Source: Peptococcaceae bacterium
Lineage (GTDB): Bacteria > Bacillota > Desulfitobacteriia > Desulfitobacteriales > Syntrophobotulaceae
Length of the DNA stretch: 64,000 bases
Direction of reading: 5' to 3'
Assembly (NCBI GenBank): GCA_012524045.1
Contig: JAAYSI010000016.1
Span: 697 to 64,696 of the forward strand
Shown one piece after another: positions 43,735-52,993 of this stretch. The stretch's first letter is position 1. Every line of letters starts with the position of its first letter. Below the pieces are notes generated by a model. It was not told the DNA's origin and did no database searches. It saw only the letters and a program-made list of their open reading frames with translations. The position numbers and the translations under genes were made by a program.

Positions 43735-45033
43735 ATGAATAATCTTAATCTAAGATACCAACTGGAAGATAAACCTTCTTTTTGGCGAAATATCCTGTTT
43801 GGTTTACAATGGTTGGCTATCGCAATGCCTATGATCATTATAGTGGGCAAGATAGTGGCTACTCTGCAGTTTGAGGATCCTAGCCAACAAATAATTTACA
43901 TTCAGAAAGTTTTTTTTGTAATTGGGCTCTCCATATTAATTCAGGTTATCTGGGGACATAAGCTACCGCTGGTTATCGGCCCTGCTTCCGTTTTACTGGT
44001 AGGAATAACCGCCAGTCAGGGAGCCGGAATAAATACAATTTATTCTTCCATACTAATCGGTGGACTTATTTTAACCTTAATAAGTATTAGTGGTTTATTC
44101 GAGCATCTAAAAAAGCTCTTTACGCCCAGAGTGGTGGTTACTATATTGATGCTCATAAGCTTTACATTAATTCCGATGATTATAAATTTGCTCTTTGCCA
44201 ATTCGGCTGTAATTAGCCCGCTAACAAACCTTCTTTTCGCTTTGGCTTTCGTTTTCAGCTTATTTCTAGCCAATAAATTTTTAACAGGAATTTGGAAATC
44301 CACTTTAATTATTTGGGGAATGGTTTTGGGAAGTATTATCTATGCCCTTCTTTTTCCGGAAGGGATTGCTAGCGTTTCCGCAAGTACAGGTTTTATATCT
44401 GGATTCTTTACAGATTTCAATACTCGGATTTTCCCTCTGGAAATAGGTACTTTAATCTCTTTTCTCATTTGTTTTATTGCTTTGGCTATCAATGATTTGG
44501 GGTCTATCCAGGCTATCGGGGGTATGCTCAATGTCGATAATATGCCCAAAAGAATAAGCAAAGGTATTACCTTAACCGGGGTTTTAAACATTATTTCCGG
44601 CTTTTTTGCTGTTATAGGACCCGTTAACTATTCCATGAGTCCCGGGGTTATTGCTTCGACCAGCGTTGCTTCCAGATATCCTCTTATCCCGGCAGGAATA
44701 GCCCTGGTGATTTTGGCCTTTTTTCCACCAGCGCTAAATCTCATCGCTGTGATTCCTTCGGTGGTAATCGGCAGCACTTTTATCTACACCCTCTGTTCGC
44801 AACTTGCTGCCGGTTTGATGCTGGCTTTTAACTCGATGAAAGATTTCCGCTTGGAATACGGTTTGATCATCGGCTTACCCCTTATGCTAAGTATCCTGAT
44901 CTCCTTTCTGCCGGAGGCAGTCGTAATATCGTTCCCAACCTGGCTCAGGCCAATCCTAGGTAATGGTTTCGTAGTCGGAGTGCTCGCCGTTCTAGTGATG
45001 GAACATATAATATACAAAAAGCTCAAATCTTAG
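43735..45033 (+). CDS. NCS2-family (xanthine/uracil-type) nucleobase permease
   Basis: 432-aa polytopic protein. ..WGHKLPLVIGPAS.. and the overall pattern resemble purine/uracil permeases. Confidence 0.7.
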   Translation: MNNLNLRYQLEDKPSFWRNILFGLQWLAIAMPMIIIVGKIVATLQFEDPSQQIIYIQKVFFVIGLSILIQVIWGHKLPLVIGPASVLLVGITASQGAGINTIYSSILIGGLILTLISISGLFEHLKKLFTPRVVVTILMLISFTLIPMIINLLFANSAVISPLTNLLFALAFVFSLFLANKFLTGIWKSTLIIWGMVLGSIIYALLFPEGIASVSASTGFISGFFTDFNTRIFPLEIGTLISFLICFIALAINDLGSIQAIGGMLNVDNMPKRISKGITLTGVLNIISGFFAVIGPVNYSMSPGVIASTSVASRYPLIPAGIALVILAFFPPALNLIAVIPSVVIGSTFIYTLCSQLAAGLMLAFNSMKDFRLEYGLIIGLPLMLSILISFLPEAVVISFPTWLRPILGNGFVVGVLAVLVMEHIIYKKLKS

Positions 45034-45812
45034 GCCTTATTAAGGGTGTTTAAGAAATCCAGGTATTTTTGATACTTGGCCTTAGCTGTTTCTTTTCCCG
45101 AGCTATAGAAAGTAACTTCGCCTTTGCCTCTAGATGTTGCTAAATTCTTTTGCTCCAGTATTGTTTTTAAATATCTGATAGTACCGATACTTCCGTCAAT
45201 AATATCCGTATCTGCCGGAAACACCTTCGCAAAACTTCGTTCAAAATAACGGAAGTGGGTACAACCCAATACTACAGTTCCATACTGACTCACATTCCAC
45301 CCTGTTAGTTTCCTTTTTAAATAGGGAACAATGATCTCAGGATCAAAAACAAAATTCTCGGCGTATTCGACCAGTTCCGGCAAGGCTATGCCGTCTACAA
45401 TATGGTCTTGGTCAACTCTGGAAACCAAATCTTGATATTTTTGTTCCCGCAATGTTAACTGGGTAGCTGCAACCAAAACTCTCTTCAAACCTTTTTGGGT
45501 GCCGTTTTTTTCGACAGCAGGCTTCACTGCTGGCTCCATCCCTAAAACAGGAAAATCGTACTTTTGCCTCAAGTTATTAATTGCAATGCTTGTCGCCGTA
45601 TTACAGGCTACAACCAGCGCTTTGATATTTTGAGCAGCCATAAAATCCACTGCCTGCAGAACAAAACGCCTAACCTCGTCTTTATTCCTTATTCCATAAG
45701 GAACGTGTTCAGTATCAGCATAATAAATGTAGTTTTCTTCTGGCAGTTGGCGCAGGGCTTCGGCCAAAACAGTCAACCCTCCGACACCGGAATCAAAAAA
45801 GCCTATCGTCAT
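45030..45812 (-). CDS. murI: Glutamate racemase
   Basis: IGFFDSGVGGLTV..ALVVACNTAT..VLGCTHF are the catalytic Cys motifs. Confidence 0.9.
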   Translation of the reverse strand: MTIGFFDSGVGGLTVLAEALRQLPEENYIYYADTEHVPYGIRNKDEVRRFVLQAVDFMAAQNIKALVVACNTATSIAINNLRQKYDFPVLGMEPAVKPAVEKNGTQKGLKRVLVAATQLTLREQKYQDLVSRVDQDHIVDGIALPELVEYAENFVFDPEIIVPYLKRKLTGWNVSQYGTVVLGCTHFRYFERSFAKVFPADTDIIDGSIGTIRYLKTILEQKNLATSRGKGEVTFYSSGKETAKAKYQKYLDFLNTLNKA

Positions 45813-46083
45813 TTTACCTCACTACTTTTTTCTTTAATTAATGCCTGTCTTCTTCTAATTGGATGTTAAGTAGAATTTATATGCCTATTTTCTCAAATAT
45901 TCATTTAAATTTAAAGATTTTTAAGCTAAAGTATTAGATAATTGCCTTTTCTATGGTTGAATCCATAAAGATTAATGTATATAATTTTTAAAGTATCTAG
46001 AATAATACTAAAAGAGATTTTCAAAATTGAAAAGAGCTGTTTTTTAAAGAGCTGTTTATTATTTATAGATAGGTGTGAAGCAA

Positions 46084-46899
46084 ATGCAGATAAAACCGAT
46101 TAATAAAAAACTGAAACTATACGGCTTCAACAATCTGACCAAAACCTTAAGCTTCAACTTTTATGACATTTGTTATGCCCTTAACCAAGAACAGCATCAG
46201 AAATATATTGAATATATTGATGAAGAATATAATGCAGATCGTTTAGTTAAAATACTTACTTCGGTAGCGGAAATCATCGAAGCCAATATTTTAAATGTTG
46301 CAAACCAGGACTACGACCCACAGGGAGCCAGTGTAACCATGCTGGTAGCTGAAAATGAAGTAATTAACGAGCGACCTGTAGAAATAATGGATAATGAATC
46401 ACCCGGTCCGAATTCGGAAGCTATCGTCGGGCATCTCGATAAAAGCCATATCACTGTGCATACTTATCCGGAAAACCACCCCGACAAAGGAATAAGTACT
46501 TTCCGAGCCGATATCGATGTTTCGACCTGCGGACAAATCTCGCCGCTTAAGGCTTTAAACTATCTGATTACAAGCTTTGAACCGGATATTGCAATTATTG
46601 ACTACAGAGTAAGGGGCTTTACCAGAGATATAAACGGAAGAAAATACTTTATAGACCATAAAATTAATTCCATTCAGAATTTTATAGCCGAGGAGACCAG
46701 AAACAAGTATCAGATGATGGACGTCAATGTCTATCAAGATAATATTTTTCACACTAAAATGCTATTAAAAGAATTTGATCTCGATCATTACCTGTTTGGA
46801 ACGGACAAGTACGAATTGACACCGAGCAGAAGGCGAAGAATAAAGCAAAGAATTAAACACGAAATGCTGGAGATTTTTACCGGAAGAAATATCTTTTAA
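46084..46899 (+). CDS. speD: S-adenosylmethionine decarboxylase proenzyme (long, E. coli-type)
   Basis: [48 protein letters not shown] closely parallels E. coli SpeD. The start is either the ATG at 46084 or the GTG at 46075. Confidence 0.88.
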   Translation: MQIKPINKKLKLYGFNNLTKTLSFNFYDICYALNQEQHQKYIEYIDEEYNADRLVKILTSVAEIIEANILNVANQDYDPQGASVTMLVAENEVINERPVEIMDNESPGPNSEAIVGHLDKSHITVHTYPENHPDKGISTFRADIDVSTCGQISPLKALNYLITSFEPDIAIIDYRVRGFTRDINGRKYFIDHKINSIQNFIAEETRNKYQMMDVNVYQDNIFHTKMLLKEFDLDHYLFGTDKYELTPSRRRRIKQRIKHEMLEIFTGRNIF

Positions 46900-46901
46900 A
46901 T

Positions 46902-47614
46902 TTATTGATTGCAACTCTGTAAAAATACTCGAACATCGTCTATTACTTGCTTCGAAGCCTTACTCCAGAGGATAAGATGTCCGGATTTGTCATAATAGAC
47001 AATTTCTTTTTTCTCGGAAGCAAGATTTTGGTATATATACTCCGCACTGCTTTTTCTTACCGTATCATCTTGAAGGGCTTGAGCAATAAAACCGGACACT
47101 GTACCTCTTTAATTTTAGGCTTAGTTTTATTAAGTAATTTTCTAAAATTAAGTAACGCAGAAAGAGGAAATGACCCGCCGGAACGAATATAGTGTTTGAT
47201 ATTCTCCGGCTTTCCTTTTCTTATATCTTCAATAATATTAAGAACTATCCTTTTTATATCCCAATAAAAAATAGGTGCATTAAGAGTTACAACTCCGCAA
47301 ACCTTATAGTTTAGAGCAAGATTAATGGCAATGAGGCCACCCATGGAAAAGCCAATCAGGTATACTTCATCACATTCGCCTAACAAGTCTTGTAGTCCTG
47401 CCTCAGCAGATGTGATCCAATCTTGATAGGTTATTCCTTTTAGATCTTTACGCCTCCCGGTATGGCCTTTCAGGATAGGGCAAATTACTTTATAACCCTC
47501 CTCCCTTAGCCTTTCGGCTAACGGGAATACCTCTTTTACTCCTCCCCCAAACCCATGTATAAGCAGGCAGCCTCTTTTAACGTTCATACTTACCTCGCTT
47601 TTATCTATTAGCAA
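46902..47614 (-). pseudogene. Alpha/beta-hydrolase carboxylesterase (Est/YvaK-like) split by a 1-nt frameshift
   Basis: ORF 47057..47614 carries HGFGG and the nucleophile elbow GFSMGG, and ends ..KEVQCPVLLLKPFKMIR*. ORF 46902..47099 continues in another frame as ..FIAQALQDDTVRKSSAEYIYQNL... The junction is at the A4/T4 run at 47088..47091. Confidence 0.65.
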
Positions 47615-47627
47615 TTTCTAATTTCAT

Positions 47628-48272
47628 TTAGCCCCCTAAGGTAATGTCCTGCTTGGCATACCAATTTAAAGCATCATAAAAATGCTGATCTTTAAAATCC
47701 GGCCAATAGTCATCTATAACATAGAAATCAGCATATACGCACTGAGCAGGCAAAAAACCGCTCAAGCGTCTGCGTCCGCCCCAGCGGATTAAAAGGTCGA
47801 TTCTCGAAACATCATTGGATTTCAGTGCTTTAAGAACCTTAGAAGTTTTTTGGCCGTTTGTCAAAAGGTTACTCAAATCCCATTCCCAACCGTAATTTAC
47901 CAAGAAATTTACTTTTATACCGCCTTTGCCAATATTAGTTCTGCGGGTGTACGGAAGAAGGGAAGCCGGAAATACCTTGGAATCTGTATTGCCGATTACC
48001 AATAGGGAGACATCGTGATTTGCTATCAATTCTATGGCCTCTATGCAAGCTTGGATAAAGGCCTTTTTTTGTTTGGCCGGTCTTTTGGTATTGTCCACCG
48101 TGAAGCCGTAGTAAGTAATTTCCTTAACTCCGACTTCTTTACATAACTCTAATAGCCTAAGCCCAGGAGCCAAACCCTCCTTATAACCCATTTCCTTGGA
48201 AAGGCCTCTGGCAGCAGCCCATCTCCTATTTCCATCGGGAATTACACCAATATGATTGGGTACTCTCATCAA
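47628..48272 (-). CDS. Short cis-prenyltransferase (UppS-family paralog)
   Basis: HIGVIPDGNRRWA, YGFTVDN and RWGGRRRLSGF are UPP-synthase family motifs. At 214 aa it is shorter than typical UppS. Confidence 0.78.
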   Translation of the reverse strand: MMRVPNHIGVIPDGNRRWAAARGLSKEMGYKEGLAPGLRLLELCKEVGVKEITYYGFTVDNTKRPAKQKKAFIQACIEAIELIANHDVSLLVIGNTDSKVFPASLLPYTRRTNIGKGGIKVNFLVNYGWEWDLSNLLTNGQKTSKVLKALKSNDVSRIDLLIRWGGRRRLSGFLPAQCVYADFYVIDDYWPDFKDQHFYDALNWYAKQDITLGG

Positions 48273-48338
48273 GGATACTCCTTTAACCTTTTTCTTTAAC
48301 CCATATTATTGCCAGATAATAGCTTTTTATAAGCTTCG

Positions 48339-49247
48339 CTACTTTCTTAACCAACCGACCGGATTTCTATCTCCTTCCACAGTATAAGTACCATCCTTGA
48401 CAATAAGCTGATATTTTTCCCGCGGAAACTCTGAGTTTTGTTGAACCACTTCCAACCAATTATCGCCAACCGCACTGATTATTGCCACATGGCCATAAGA
48501 CCCGTCATCAAACACTAAAAGATCATCCTCGCGCGGTTTGACGTCTCCTCCATTTTTATATTGGTATAACCCTCGCTGCTCGTTCAGTTCTCCCTGCTCA
48601 AGCAGCGGATTGAAAAAGTACTTAGCGTGGCCCGCTCCGTCAGGCATCTCGTGGTTGAATTGTTCGTAGTAAAAGCGTTTGACAAACTCCACACATTGCC
48701 ATTTATAGCCGAAGTAATAACCGTCATCACTAAAATTAAGCCCGTTGCTGGCCAAATAGTTTTTGCCATTGGAATAGACTGCTACTCCCTTATATTCGTC
48801 TATCTTAGTGCCGACCTCCACATCCTCCTGGCTAATTAACGGAAGCTTTTTCTCCTTATTCTGAGATGTGGCCGTTTCCGTTTTATAAACAGAGTCCTGA
48901 TAGCCGTAGCTCGGTGAAAAGTCATTGCTATCGTCAGGTACTGTTTTAGTGGCCACAACAATTGCTAGCGCAATAACAACCAAGGCCAACCCCAAAACAA
49001 AAGATTTTTCTTTTCTTTTATATCTAGAGCTACGCCTATATCTATAATCATAACATTTTTTATTAACTTTATTGTATCTATGGTCGGAGTTACTTTTGTA
49101 GTTACTTTTGTAGTTATTTTTGTATTCATTTTTGTATTCATTTTTATAGCCATTACTATTTTTGTAATCATAATAATATCTATAGCCGTGATCACCTTTC
49201 AGATCACGACTTTTTTTTATATCGTAAAAACGATCTCTATCCCTCAT
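48339..49247 (-). CDS. CHAP-domain (amidase/peptidase) protein with an N-terminal Tyr/Lys/Asn repeat region and one TM segment
   Basis: C-terminus ..YKWQCVEFVKRFY..GHVAIISAV.. carries the CHAP Cys and His motifs. N-terminus YKNEYKNEYKNNYKSNYKSN. TM segment FVLGLALVVIALAIVVA. Confidence 0.72.
   Translation of the reverse strand: MRDRDRFYDIKKSRDLKGDHGYRYYYDYKNSNGYKNEYKNEYKNNYKSNYKSNSDHRYNKVNKKCYDYRYRRSSRYKRKEKSFVLGLALVVIALAIVVATKTVPDDSNDFSPSYGYQDSVYKTETATSQNKEKKLPLISQEDVEVGTKIDEYKGVAVYSNGKNYLASNGLNFSDDGYYFGYKWQCVEFVKRFYYEQFNHEMPDGAGHAKYFFNPLLEQGELNEQRGLYQYKNGGDVKPREDDLLVFDDGSYGHVAIISAVGDNWLEVVQQNSEFPREKYQLIVKDGTYTVEGDRNPVGWLRK
49089..49148. repeat. Five tandem 12-nt units inside the CHAP gene
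   Basis: gttacttttgta x2, then gttatttttgta, ttcatttttgta and ttcatttttata. These encode the YK[NS][NE] repeats. Confidence 0.85.
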
Positions 49248-49551
49248 TGTTTCTCTCCAGTCTCTAAGCTCGGAATTATTCGTATGTTAAAAAAATTATA
49301 GTATCCTCCTCAAAATTTGGCAAGAACAATGAATTTAAATGCTCCGCCAAATAATTACAAACCTGATGTTAAAAATATAATTTTAGTTGAAATTAGAGCA
49401 AAAAGTATTATAATATTTAAGGTTGTGCCAAAAATATTAACAGATTTATTGTCAATACTTATCATGCTATTTATATATTTTTTGTTTATTTAACCATTCT
49501 ATTCTTTATAGATTCTATTGTTTATAGAATCTTAGACAGGAGAAATCTATT

Positions 49552-51387
49552 ATGCTAGCTGAAAATTTAAGAAATCTGGCAATCATTGCCCATGTTGACC
49601 ACGGAAAAACAAGCCTTGTGGATGTTATGCTTAAACAAAGCGGGATATTTCGAGCTAACGAACAAGTGGCCGAAAGGGTCATGGATTCTAACGACCTAGA
49701 AAGAGAACGCGGAATAACTATCCTAGCCAAGAATACTGCCGTCCACTGGCAGGGTGTAAAAATCAATATCGTTGACACCCCCGGCCACGCTGATTTCGGT
49801 GGGGAAGTGGAAAGGGTATTAAAAATGGTCGACGGTGTGCTGCTGGTGGTTGACGCCTTTGAAGGACCGATGCCCCAAACTAAATTTGTTTTGCGCAAAG
49901 CACTGGAGCTTGAGCTAAAATCAATCGTCGTAATAAATAAAGTAGACCGTCCGGAAGCTCGCCCCTATGCGGTAGTAGACGAAGTGCTGGAGTTATTTTT
50001 ACAGTTGGGAGCAAACGAGGAACAGTTGGACTTTCCGCTTATTTATACTTCGGCTCGTCTGGGGGTTGCCGGCTATGAACCTGACGCTTTAGCTGACGAT
50101 TTGCAGCCATTATTTGCAACCATCCTAAAAGAGATACCAGCGCCGGAATCAGACCGGGAAAGCCCGCTCCAAATGTTGGTGACTACCCTAGACCACAATG
50201 ACTATCTCGGCAAAATAGCTATTGGGCGAATTTTTAAAGGCACTTTGCAGGCTAACTCCCCTATCACCGTAATTAAAAGAAATCAAACCTTAGAAAAAAC
50301 CAAAGTAGGAAAAATATTTACTTTTGAAGGTTTAAACCGCATAGAAGTCACCGAAGCCTTGGCCGGTGATATAGTAGCGGTCACCGGCTTGCCTGAGATA
50401 AATATCGGCGAGACTATTGCCGATCCGGATAAGCCGGAGGCTTTACCGACCATAGCTATCGATGAACCTACTCTTAGCATGATGTTTATGGTAAATACCA
50501 GTCCCTTAGCCGGAACCGAGGGCAAACACGTTACTTCCCGCAAACTTAGAGAACGACTGTTTAAAGAAATTGAAACTAATGTCAGCCTAAGAGTGGAGGA
50601 AACAGATAACATGGATACCTTTCTCGTCTCCGGTCGTGGGGAACTCCACCTTTCCATTCTAATCGAAAACATGCGCCGTGAAGGCTTTGAACTCCAGGTG
50701 TCCAAACCGGAAGTTATCCTAAAGGAAATAGACGGTATTAAATGCGAGCCTTACGAACACCTTACCTGTGATATTCCTGATTGGGCGACGGGTACCGTCA
50801 TCGAGATTTTAGGCACCCGCAAAGGGGAAATGCTCAATATGCAAAACCTGCCCGGTGGAGTTACGCGGCTGGAGTTTCTAATTCCGGCCCGTGGCCTAAT
50901 CGGATTTCGCGGTGAATTCTTAACCGAAACCCGCGGAGAAGGTATAATGGCTCATGTTTTTCACTCTTATCAGCCTTATAAAGGCGGAATCCAAAAACGG
51001 AACCGGGGGGTCTTGATCGCTTCCGATCCGGGTGAAGCAACGGCCTATGCTCTTCATGCTCTAAAAGACAGGGGCAAAATGTTTATTGAACCGGGCACCA
51101 AGGTCTATGAAGGAATGATTGTGGGTGAAAGCAACAAAGAGCAAGACATCGACATTAATGTAACTCGGAAAAAACACCTGACCAATATGAGAGCCAGCGG
51201 CGCCGATGAAGCTTTAAAGCTTGAGCCTCCGCGAATCCTAAGCCTGGAAGAAGCTCTGGAATATATAAATGATGACGAATATGTAGAAATAACTCCGTCA
51301 AGCATTCGCTTGCGTAAAAAATACCTGGATAAAAACACCAGAGCAAAATTTGAAAAACGTAGGTCTCTCGCTAATAAACAAAAGTAA
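49552..51387 (+). CDS. typA: Translational GTPase TypA/BipA
   Basis: NLAIIAHVDHGKTSLVD..DTPGHADFGGEVER..NKVD. 611 aa. Confidence 0.93.
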   Translation: MLAENLRNLAIIAHVDHGKTSLVDVMLKQSGIFRANEQVAERVMDSNDLERERGITILAKNTAVHWQGVKINIVDTPGHADFGGEVERVLKMVDGVLLVVDAFEGPMPQTKFVLRKALELELKSIVVINKVDRPEARPYAVVDEVLELFLQLGANEEQLDFPLIYTSARLGVAGYEPDALADDLQPLFATILKEIPAPESDRESPLQMLVTTLDHNDYLGKIAIGRIFKGTLQANSPITVIKRNQTLEKTKVGKIFTFEGLNRIEVTEALAGDIVAVTGLPEINIGETIADPDKPEALPTIAIDEPTLSMMFMVNTSPLAGTEGKHVTSRKLRERLFKEIETNVSLRVEETDNMDTFLVSGRGELHLSILIENMRREGFELQVSKPEVILKEIDGIKCEPYEHLTCDIPDWATGTVIEILGTRKGEMLNMQNLPGGVTRLEFLIPARGLIGFRGEFLTETRGEGIMAHVFHSYQPYKGGIQKRNRGVLIASDPGEATAYALHALKDRGKMFIEPGTKVYEGMIVGESNKEQDIDINVTRKKHLTNMRASGADEALKLEPPRILSLEEALEYINDDEYVEITPSSIRLRKKYLDKNTRAKFEKRRSLANKQK

Positions 51388-51518
51388 ATGAAAAATGCTA
51401 ATTAATAACTAAAAACAAAAATAGGCAAAAAAATAAGCCTCCGTAAACGAATATTCCCAGTAATCACCTTATATTTATTACTAAGGAAAATGGAAATATG
51501 GTTTTATAGGAGGCTTAT

Positions 51519-51866
51519 ATGCATTCAAAGCTTCTCGGAAGAGTCTTCCCTTTTATCCCGTTACTCATAGGGATAATTATAATAGTTCTCCAATCTATAT
51601 GGGGAGAACCGGACAATCGCCTGCCCATAACCATGATGTTTATCCTGATTATTTGTTCGATGATTTCCTGGTTCTTCAGTGTACTCGGCCTAATTATTTT
51701 TAAGGACAAACTTTTTGCTTATTATAAAAAGATATTTCAAATTTTAAGCATAGTTTACTTGTTTCCGGCCATAATCTTAGCTTTGTTTATCCGGTGGACC
51801 CTACTTTACTCCGCGACCGTTTTTTTAATCGGTTTGGTAATTATAAAGAAAAATAAAATCTACTAG
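51519..51866 (+). CDS. Hypothetical membrane protein (3-4 TM)
   Basis: 115-aa hydrophobic ORF. AGGAGG lies upstream of the ATG. I recognise no family. Confidence 0.5.
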   Translation: MHSKLLGRVFPFIPLLIGIIIIVLQSIWGEPDNRLPITMMFILIICSMISWFFSVLGLIIFKDKLFAYYKKIFQILSIVYLFPAIILALFIRWTLLYSATVFLIGLVIIKKNKIY

Positions 51867-51893
51867 AAGAAAGAAACGTTGAAGAGGTCTACT

Positions 51894-52658
51894 TTAGTCC
51901 CTGGCCAAAATGTCTTTGACCACTTCTCCTGCCATAAGTAACCCGGCAACAGAAGGAACAAATGAAATACTTCCGGGAATTTGACGTTTTTTAGAACAAT
52001 GAGCATCACCACTCGGGCATATACAATCAGTTGCACAGCCGGCTTCCTGTTCTAACGGCTTTAAAGCTGCTTCCGGAGAAAAGATAACCTTAAAGCCCTG
52101 CGTAATACCCTGTTTGCGTAAAAGCTTCCTCACCGCTTTGGCTAGCGGACAGCCATGGCTTTTGGAAATATCGTCAACTCTGAAACTCAACGCATTCAGT
52201 CTATTGCCTGCTCCCATACAAGAAATAAAGGGTAGCTGTCTTTTATGACACTCTACGGCCAGACTGACTTTGCTTTGGACCGTATCAATGGCATCAATTA
52301 CATAGTCAACTTTATCCGCTAAGAAAAAGTCCCCGTCTTTCTCTGTATAAAAAGTTTTAAAAATCTCGATCTGGGCCCCAGGATTGATATCCAAAAGCCG
52401 TTCTTTCATCACTTCTACTTTTGATTTTCCTACTGTTGAATGCAAGGCATGAAGCTGCCTGTTAATATTTGTTAAGCAAATTTCATCATAATCAACCAGT
52501 TTGAAGCTCCCTATTCCGGCCCGAGCCAAAGCCTCTGCCGTAAAAGAACCAACGCCGCCTAAGCCAAAGATAATTACTTTGCTCTCATTTAATTTTTGCA
52601 ATCCCTCTTTACCGATTAATAGTTCGGTTCTGGAAAATTTATGCTGCATAACATTCAC
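51894..52658 (-). CDS. tcdA: tRNA threonylcarbamoyladenosine dehydratase (ThiF-family E1-like)
   Basis: FSRTELLIGKEGLQKL..VIIFGLGGVGSFTAEALARAGIG..LVDYD..NINRQ. Confidence 0.8.
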   Translation of the reverse strand: MNVMQHKFSRTELLIGKEGLQKLNESKVIIFGLGGVGSFTAEALARAGIGSFKLVDYDEICLTNINRQLHALHSTVGKSKVEVMKERLLDINPGAQIEIFKTFYTEKDGDFFLADKVDYVIDAIDTVQSKVSLAVECHKRQLPFISCMGAGNRLNALSFRVDDISKSHGCPLAKAVRKLLRKQGITQGFKVIFSPEAALKPLEQEAGCATDCICPSGDAHCSKKRQIPGSISFVPSVAGLLMAGEVVKDILARD

Positions 52659-52697
52659 CTTTAAAAATTTTTACCCTATTTGCTTCATTCACGATCC

Positions 52698-52913
52698 CTA
52701 CTGGCTGTTTATTGCTTTGACTTCATAGCCCACATCATCGATAGCCGACTTAATATCTTCATCTTTTACCTCAGCGGATGCTTCAATGACAGCGCTTTTA
52801 GCCTCTAAATTAACCTCGACAGCGGTTACACCCGCCAGTTCACTAAGTGCTTCTTTAACATGGTTAACACAGTGTCCGCAACTCATACCTTCGATAGATA
52901 TTTTCTTTTTCAT
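52698..52913 (-). CDS. copZ: Copper chaperone CopZ (HMA domain)
   Basis: MKKKISIEGMSCGHCVNHVKEAL. GGAAGGAG lies upstream of the ATG at 52913; the track ORF extends to 52943. Confidence 0.85.
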   Translation of the reverse strand: MKKKISIEGMSCGHCVNHVKEALSELAGVTAVEVNLEAKSAVIEASAEVKDEDIKSAIDDVGYEVKAINSQ

Positions 52914-52993
52914 TTTATTAACTCCTTCCACTTTTATTTTCATGTTTTTATAAGAGCTTTTTATAGGAATCCGCCTCTGATTCTATAAAGGTA

